Origin: Eledone cirrhosa
Lineage: Eukaryota
DNA: 64,000 nucleotides
Direction: 5' to 3'
Assembly: GCA_964016885.1 (NCBI GenBank)
Contig: OZ024746.1
Span: 5,642,001-5,706,000 of the forward strand
Shown: positions 55,286 to 64,000 of the stretch, in pieces
Numbering within the stretch: position 1 is the stretch's first letter
Layout: each line of letters opens with the position of its first letter
Notes under the pieces: model-generated
What the model was told of the DNA's origin: nothing
The model's input: only the letters and a program-made list of their open reading frames with translations
The model's database searches: none
Made by a program: the position numbers and the translations under genes

Positions 55286-57876
55286 GCATTTCTGTTGGGG
55301 CATATATATACATATATATAAAATCATAAGGATCAAGCCATAGAAGAATGTCAGGCTGAATAGTTATATCCAGAAAGTTGTTCCTCCACGAAGTATTGCG
55401 GCATAAACATCAATAATCTACATTTAATCATTTTTCCTACTTTGGTTACATTTCTAATTGACGAGACAAGTGCCAAGCAATAAATACAGATTCCTCTTGA
55501 AATATTCCATAGTATTAGATTTCCTACATGCACATTTACATAGAAACCAATAAATATTATCTATGTATGTTTGCATTTATTATCCTATATATATAAATGT
55601 TTTCAATTTCACTATATAATATTGTATAGAATACACAGAAATGTTGAAAACCTTCACCTAATTAACTAGAGCAACTAATTGGACTACGTAGAGAGTTTGG
55701 TTTGTCTTTGTTTTTCTGCGATCGATTTTGATACTGTATCTGCATTCTTTTTTGCATTTGGTTTTACTTCTTTTTTTAATATTTTTGTTTGTGTTGCATT
55801 TGTATTTATATTCAAGCTTATTTTGTTTTTAATCTTTGTTATTCCTTTCTAGATTTCAATCCATATCTATTCATTTGCTAGAGCAAAATGAACTTAAAGG
55901 GGTGCAATAACAAAACGAAAACAATATTTAACATTATAGCATCCCTTCTATTTTCTGCTGTTTTCCATATTTTTCATATTTATTTCTTAGGCTATGCTAT
56001 CGTTTCGTATTACAGTTATCTTTGCTTAACGTCCTTTTACTATCAATTAAACCAGAAATACCCAAACTTTTGAGATATTTAAAGATATTTAGGTTAAGGA
56101 GTAATTAAAATATGATGTATTACCACTCAATAAATTAAGATTTTCCAGTGATAGAGGGTTATCGAGCGTTCATTCTATTTTGCCTTACAGAAACCATTGG
56201 GTTAACATTAATTATATTTCTGAATGTAAATTAACAATACTAATGCAAGAATGTTAAATAGATATGCATCTGAAGAAAATGATGCAGAAAGATATGTTTT
56301 AGGGAAATTACAGAAAGCAAGGCCACAACATAATTTTACCAGTTGTAATACCATTAAATTGCTAAGATAAGGAGAGGTTGGTATTACATTTTTATGATAA
56401 AAATTTTTATGATGGACATTTTATATAAAATATTTATCATAAACTCACTACATTGTTGTACCAACATTACAATGAAAGAAATTTGAAAACTAAATAATTA
56501 AAACATTTTAAGTTGGAAAATGCAATATTTTAGTTAAGATATTTGATATTCACGGATCTCTAATCTTATAATTTCAGAGAATTTTGATCTGATCAGTTTC
56601 TAATAGTTTTACATTCAATTCAACGTGAAGGTAATAGAATTAAAATATCTTTTATTTCCATATAATTTAAAGTGTTCAAACTATAAATCTTAAGGTTTTT
56701 ATCACTTTGTGATCAGTAAACAGTCCGATAGTTGTATTGAATATTTAGATATTAGGCATTTATTTTCATTTGAGTTTATCTCACTTTATAGGAAATGTCT
56801 TATTGATTTCACAGATAAGAACGAAGCATGAGTATTGAGGAGGATTGTGATTACAAACGTGTCACCCATTTTCTTTCTTTTTTTCAATGAATCAAATTAA
56901 CAGATTCGTTTTAACTTGAGCATATATCTAACTCTACATCTTTGAACTCACAAGTAAAACAATATTAGTTTTCCAATGTTGAAAACAAATTAGTTTAGGG
57001 ACATTGTGATGAATGATGTAAGATGTGAGCAAAAGGTCTTTGTGACATGGTTTCATTTAAAGGAAATTCCATATTTCTCATAACGAAATTCTAGATATCT
57101 ATTCTATTAGCATGAATCAAGAAAATATGCCATGGTTGTTGTGGGAAACAATTCTGAATTTAGAGTACCCGAGATGGGGGGAAAGATGGTTTAGTACTGT
57201 GGGGATTTACTATCATGTTTTCTTCGCTTGCGCTTATCTCTACTGCGGCTTGCACCTTGAATTGACCTATTGCAGGGATGTATGTTCAGGGCGTGCCCCA
57301 ACAACACTAATTATATTTCACACGTTTTTCCTTATTTATAAAAATGATATAATATCATTTAAACATAAAATATATCTTTAAAAGATGCACATATTTATAT
57401 CAATGAAATAATTTCCGGCACGCCCTGCTCAAACACCCACCGCCATTGATCTATAGAATATACGTTTTGCTTTCAGCCATATTCTGATGAATATTATGGA
57501 ACGATTTTATATAGAAATTATTCACAAATTTCAAAGTTTGTGAAATGCACTTTCAGATTTTCACTTTGTTTAATTTCTTTCATATATTTTCTATGTAACG
57601 TTGAACATATTTTCTATTGATTCTGTTACTTATTATTATAAGATTGCTAAATTTTTTGCTTTCAATAGAGAAGTTGATCGTCGAAGCTTACCTGATTTGT
57701 GAGCATTTCATTGCATTCAAGCGCTAACAAACTTTGCTATCTTTTTACATTGCTTTTCTTTGATGCTTCAAGACTGGAATGATTTATAACTATTTACTTA
57801 TTCATTTGTTCCATATACTGGCTTAGATTATGTTATTAAATCTAGAATCAAGCATTTATATTTCTCGCGTTTTCAG

Positions 57877-58031
57877 ACTTTCATGGAGTCCATGCTGCCA
57901 AGTTGGAAGACACACAAAGGCTTCATCGAGATTTATTCCACCGATACAATACAATGGTGCGGCCAATCCAAGATCAAGACAAACCTGTTACTATCAATAT
58001 GGATCTATACCTCATGAGTATTACATCACTG
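57877..58031 (+). CDS. Internal coding exon of a nicotinic acetylcholine receptor-like Cys-loop ligand-gated ion channel subunit (start of the extracellular domain)
   Basis: TTTTCAG acceptor and GTTAGT donor; 155 bp, phase 1 to phase 0. Open frame FHGVHAAKLEDTQRLHRDLFHRYNTMVRPIQDQDKPVTINMDLYLMSITSL matches the RLxxDLxxxYNxxVRP...V.....L..I..L pattern and the usual nAChR exon-2 boundaries. Confidence 0.88.
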
Positions 58032-58095
58032 GTTAGTATTGAATAATTTTGTCTTAAAATGGAGAGAAATATTATACACAAACAAACACATAAAT

Positions 58096-58144
<49 letters not shown>

Positions 58145-58854
58145 CAAATGAATGAATGAAGGAGTTACAAGCCATTAAAATAAAACTCCTTCATTCCTTC
58201 ATTTGTTTATTCCCGCTCTGCTTAAACTATACGCTAAATATTAACCTCCTCTAATATTTAACTCTGCTAACCCAAGCATTGAGCACACCACGCTTCGACT
58301 ATTGGCATTTAGTAATCTGTATCGCACCTCTCTCTACCTCTCTACTTCCTCCTCTCTTACGATACTTATACCCTATTATCTATCTATATCTATATCTATA
58401 TCTATATATTCTTTGGAAGTAGAGAAAATATTGAATGAGATAAGTAGTATTGATTCTTAATTCCAGAAGCTGCAGTTGAGGACATTACAAGAATGAAGTT
58501 CATTTATTTCACTTGTAGCCAATACTTTCAATATATGTCCAACCATATGTTATAAAAATACATAAACCAACCAAGAACGACAGAACTGATCTATATGGAG
58601 TGGATTGAGTGTCATTGGTGGTCTACAGAGGTCACATTTCCTTTAATGGTCAATCACAATAAAAGAATGCCCCGTAAAACAAGACGCTCTGTTTCTTAGT
58701 TATCACATTTAGAAAGTTTTTAATCTTGATATATCCTGAAATATGTAGGGTAACAACTATTGCTTTCTTTTGGTGTTCTTATTTTATCCATCTCTACTTC
58801 TACCATTATATTTCTCATTCACATTGTACCAGCTTTCCAAATAGTTTCTTTATA

Positions 58855-59000
58855 TATATGTATGCATTTATGTAAGTATGTATGTAAGTATGTATGTATG
58901 TATGCATTTATGTATGTATGTATGTATGTATGTATGTATGTATGTATGTATGTATGTATGTATGTATGTATGTATGTATGTATGTATGTATGTATGTATG
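58855..59000. repeat. (TATG)n microsatellite
   Basis: Read directly. Confidence 0.97.
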
Positions 59001-60296
59001 TGTGTGACTATGTATACATGTAACCCTATTTTAAGTGGACCATAATTATGTTCATTGAGAGAGAAGGCTGGCAATGCAGTACATTATGCAGCTGCTCAAC
59101 CAATGTACTATACTTTAGTTTCCATCATATTCCATGCTCGTAATCATTCCATTCAAGCATGATAATAATACATGTTTCGAGTATATAATAATGCAAAGAA
59201 TACTGGATCACATGATAGTAAATGTGGAGAAAAAGTACAATATGCCATAAGTTATACAGAGGTCCACTACTGCTAAAGTATTGCAAAACATTATATATTC
59301 GAAAGTGCAAAGAATTATGTTAGATGAATTTAGCAAGCGGTGATATAGAGGCCATTTTGAATTAATAGAATAAACAGTCTTCTACTTCTCAGTGTTCTAC
59401 TTCCTCTTTGCACTGGTTGCCCTTGAGATTTCAGGCAACCTCAGACTCCAGACAGCAGACCACCTCCGTAATATCAGATTGATAGCAGCCAATCTGAGGA
59501 AGGGGCTCTGCAATGTCGGGTGACTGCTGCAGCGTGTGTTGTGGGCCATTGTTCGCGGGGTGCAGCCGAAACACTGCACTGACCTAGGTGCAGAATCTGT
59601 CACTCTCAGCCCTTACTCCATTCTTTCTTCTTTTGTGTAATAGTCCTTGTTCTTCTCCTCCTTTTCTTCTCAATTATGACATTGTGAGCAATCAATGATT
59701 GTTAGGGAAATAAAGTAACAGATTTTAAACGCCGGAAGATGAATTTAATGTGGATATCTTAATGCCTTGTCATGCGATTTTAATTTACTTAGACTTATAT
59801 TTCTAAGTTTATACTAGTTATAGTTTTATAAGATTGAAAGAAAAGTAAATATGAGTGATATTTGATAATGAATAATTGCATTGTTGGTGAGAGATCAAAC
59901 ATTCTGCTCATTGACACCTTCATCTAGAATATTCATTCTCTGCACTAAAGCCATCAAAGAGTGTATAGATTTCACAATCACACACATCTAGATAGTTAAT
60001 ATGTGTTACCAACATTGATTTCAACGTTATTAAGTAGACGAGAGAAATTGAAAGTGTCGTGGTCGTGGGCTGAATATTGCAGCAATATACAGATCACCAT
60101 CTATATACATGATGATCTCTATGTTGTTGCTTAACTGTTGTTGGCTGGATTAGAAAAACAAGTTCTCAGTTAAATACAAGTTAATAAAATGATGTGTCAG
60201 TTATCAGTCTTATAAGCAGTTTTTGATCCTTAAATATGTGGCGAAACTCATATATGTTAGCAAGCAGCTAACATATATGCAAACCGTTATTTAGAA

Positions 60297-60353
60297 CGGT
60301 GAATTTGCAGTATCGGTAGAGGGTCGGACATGCTTTCCAGCATAGTTATGTCC
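60297..60353 (+). mobile_element. SINE S1 5' fragment
   Basis: CGGTGAATTTGCAGTATCGGTAGAGGGTCGGACATGCTTTCCAGCATAGTTATGTCCC. Confidence 0.85.
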
Positions 60354-61934
60354 CACAAAAGTCACACAAGAGAACATTATTTGATATTATGACAAGAGAG
60401 ATAGATTCTGGGAGTGTTTCGATGATGTTAACATTTTTGATAAATGTGTAAGGCTCAATACAATACAACTAGGAATAAAGAGGAAGGACCAAAACAGAAA
60501 TTATAGAAAATGCAAAGAGGAAAATAATAAAGATACTTAGCAAACAGGATTTTTTTAATGGTCTTCCATCATTTTCAAATTATCCTTATAGTATTCTTAG
60601 TACATTATAACAGAATAACTTATCTAGTACATTGATAAAAGTAATGAAATAATGGTTTCTAGAATTGGAAACAAAGATTAAGACGTATATAAAAAAATAA
60701 ATGTTTAACGTATTTGAGCTCAGCAATTTAATCGGCCACCAAATTTAAATCCTTTACTTGTGGTTTAGGTTCATTAAACAGTGTCCACCCTGTTGCAATT
60801 ATTCAAACAAGATTTTCTATCTGTAAATAACATCCTTCTTTCTCCTAACAAGATATAAGGCCCTCTAATTGCTCATTTGTGTTTTCCTTCTTCTGCTGCG
60901 TAATCCAAAATAAACATAAAGAAAATGAATATAACATAATACTGGTTGTTTTCCTTAGTTGACATAAATTAGGCATTGATAGAAAAGAGATGTTTTCATT
61001 AAACCTCCTGGCCTCTTTGGATGATCTCCAGAGAGAAAAACAGATAGATAGATAGACTGATAGATATAAAGGTAGATTGAATGACTGATACATATAAAGA
61101 TAGACTAATTGAGTGACAGATAGATAGATAGATAGATAGATTGACTGATAGATAGGCAGATAAATAAATAGATAGATTGATCAATAGATAGACTGTGGAA
61201 GGGAGAAAGCTTCTGAACAACCTCTTTGTTAAAATACATAAATTTATAAACCTATTTGCCTACTTCATCTCAAATTTTGTTGCACACACCACATAAAATG
61301 TTGAATAAAAGTTGAATATTTTGAATGTTTGAATTCAGTGAGTGATTTATTTCCATTGCTATAATTATATAATTTCTAACTTTAATAAAATATGTTTTTA
61401 TTCTTAAATATTTTAGAACTCTTCACAGAACAACATTATTATTTCACCTCCTCCATTTTCTCCCTTGTCGACCAACTATATAATTCCATTTCACGAAGCG
61501 TCTCAACGCTCTTGTTATGTATTGTATTTCATTTATGCCCAAATTCCTGTAGACATTTCTTCTCTATATAATATAATAGCTCTATTGTTAACAATCTAAT
61601 GGCGACGACAATCTGCACATGACTTATTTTTACTATCTTTTTGTCTTTGTAAATGTTTTATCTGGTCAAATATTTTTAAAGTGATATTTCTTTAAGAAAA
61701 CAAGAGTCTTTATCCTGATATTCTCTCAAAGTATCATATTAGTTGCATTACCTATCAAAACTATTAATCTTATAGATTTTCCTTTTCATTTCATATTTCT
61801 ACATTAATCAATAATGCTGCTATTATCAATAATTAACTCTTAGAACTTTCTTCCAATTTATACTTCAATAATGACTGAGTATAAAATACATATTCATACA
61901 CACACACACACACACACACATGTGTATATACATA

Positions 61935-62000
<66 letters not shown>

Positions 62001-62080
62001 TGTATATATATATATACATATATGTATATATATATATATATATACATATATGTATATATATATATATATATACATATATG

Positions 62081-62134
<54 letters not shown>

Positions 62135-62707
62135 CATATACATATTTGTGTGTATATATATATATATATATATGGGTGTGTGTATGTATATATATATGTA
62201 TATATATATATATATATAGGGGGAGGGTGGTGTGTATATACGTTTGTTTTGTCTCTGGGAGTATGTAGATGTGTGTCTGTCACTGTATGACAGAAAGAGT
62301 AGGATAACTACGTATTCATAAATTAACATAAACATAGATTTATGGATGTATACACAGTGAGGTAAATATAAGTATTTAGGTAGCTACCTCCTCACCTCTC
62401 TCTTTCTCTTTCTTTCTATCACTCTATCTCTTCCTGCAATATAAATAATTAAATAGATAGACACACACACATATAAGTATATATATATATATATATATAA
62501 ATATATTAGGTATAAAATAACTTAACATTCGAACCCATAACTATAACATTGATTTCTCGCTAACTACTTTCTCTCAATAACAACTTCTTAACTATATCCC
62601 CCACCCCACACTACCCAGCTTATCACTATAAATGGATACTTAAGTGCAATTTGTAGCCTACAACTATGCACTCAATGTACACCCATCCCATAGCTTTCGT
62701 CTGTCCT

Positions 62708-62738
<31 letters not shown>

Positions 62739-63028
62739 GGTCCACCTCCCTCCCTCTCCACCTGCCCTCGGTGGAAATAAATAATCCCAACCTTAACTAT
62801 CAACGCATCGCTTAAGGTTGTCGCGTTAAGTGTAACCAGTATAATAAAACCCTTACTACATCATCATTTTGATTAAGATATCAGTATTCTACAAACCACT
62901 CTCTCCCATTTCTCCAACCCCTACATTTCTCTCTCTCTCCCTCTCCCCTTCTTTCTCTCTTCCTTTTCTACTCTATCGTCCCCACTAACCTCACTTAAGG
63001 GTATTTACCTTTTACATTTTCACCATTC

Positions 63029-63139
63029 TGCTCTGATGATACAGTGGTCACAGCATTTGATAATTGAGTTTTGCAAATAGTTATAAATTTGCACATAGCA
63101 TAACTAGGCTGTATAACCACCGTGGAAACATTTATAAGT
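63029..63139 (+). ncRNA. Hammerhead motif with long stem II and decayed stem III
   Basis: TGCT-CTGATGA-TACAGTGGT...ACCACCGTG-GAAA-CATTTA-TA-AGTA, at the end of TA-flanked segment 62508-63190. Confidence 0.7.
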
Positions 63140-63187
63140 ACACAGAATAAATTACCTTTTTATGACGTCTACCTGTTATTATTCATT

Positions 63188-63295
<108 letters not shown>

Positions 63296-63416
63296 CTGAT
63301 GGTAGCTAAGGTGCTTCCATAGGCGGTATGCCGGTTGAGCAATCTATGCTCTTACAGAGCAGAGTATGATATAATATAAAACGAAAAATCAGTGATGCAT
63401 CTGAGTTCAATTTATT

Positions 63417-63504
63417 GTGTTACAATTGTTTCGCCGGCGGACAGCTCGAAACACGATCATTGTGTGGATCTGTCTGACTCTGGACCTGCGGGCTCGTCCG
63501 ACAC
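63417..63504 (-). ncRNA. Hammerhead motif (U4 to G)
   Basis: Minus strand: GTGT-CGGACGA-GCCCGCAGG...TCCGCCGGC-GAAA-CAATTG-TA-ACAC. Confidence 0.75.
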
Positions 63505-63895
63505 TTCCAGTGCTTTCGGAACAAATTCCTTCACTGAGGTGTTAGCGTCAAAAACATCCTCTTGGCGCGTCCCGTTATTGGCTGCTGCTTTTCTACGTCA
63601 TCGTAAATCTGACCAACAGATAGCAATGCGACTGACCATTCTGCCACACTTAGATGAGTTACTACTGGGTTTGGTAGTTCACACGTCCACGCGCGCAATC
63701 ACACACACATATATACACACACGCACACACACGCACACACACACACACACAATCCCAAGAAAAAAAAACATCCGTACGCATAGACCCCGCCACACACACA
63801 TAGGGAGAACAAATAAAAAAAAAACATAGAAATACACATACACAGGCGCCTGCCTACATGCCCATATACAGACTAAGATACAGACTCGCTCACAA

Positions 63896-63937
<42 letters not shown>

Positions 63938-64000
63938 ATGAAATGACAGGAGGCTGGATTTGTGTAAATCCTTGAAAGGTTTATTATACTAAGATCATTT

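Noticed and set aside
57213-57285. Signal-peptide exon candidate MFSSLALISTAACTLN for the receptor
   Set aside because: It reaches a stop before any donor site, and the nearby GTATGT donor is in the wrong phase for ORF 57112.
57287-57427. 11-bp inverted repeat CAGGGCGTGCC / GGCACGCCCTG
   Set aside because: Single copy with no clear TSD; insufficient for a MITE call.
57830-58036. ORF-track peptide MLLNLESS...
   Set aside because: Wrong frame; the overlapping spliced frame carries the receptor motif.
59397-59603. ORF with QCFGCTPRTMAHNTRC
   Set aside because: Possibly a decayed LINE C-terminal zinc knuckle, but too weak to call; no splice support for a host exon.
63392-63829. 145-aa ORF MMHLSSIYC...
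   Set aside because: Antisense to a hammerhead-bearing element, runs into (CA)n, and has no recognisable domain.

Overview
AT-rich, microsatellite-saturated eukaryotic non-coding DNA, most likely from an octopus or other cephalopod (inferred from the SINE types and the extreme (TA)n load; not verified). Most ORFs in the supplied track are repeat artefacts. One convincing host coding exon is present: 57877-58031 (+), the N-terminal ligand-binding-domain exon of a nicotinic acetylcholine receptor-like Cys-loop channel, which the ORF track misses. The rest is retroelement debris (tRNA-derived SINEs with TSDs, RTE-, CRE- and R4-like LINE fragments) plus two mariner-type MITEs. The main hidden signal is a dense population of type I hammerhead ribozyme motifs: about 17 complete or near-complete copies and many 3' halves, in more than 10 unrelated short elements. 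These elements sit between (TA)n arrays, have short self-complementary stem III regions, and are often folded back on themselves. One motif lies downstream of a decayed GIY-YIG-like remnant, which points to Penelope-like retroelement (PLE) termini. All motifs were read by eye; none was tested computationally or experimentally.
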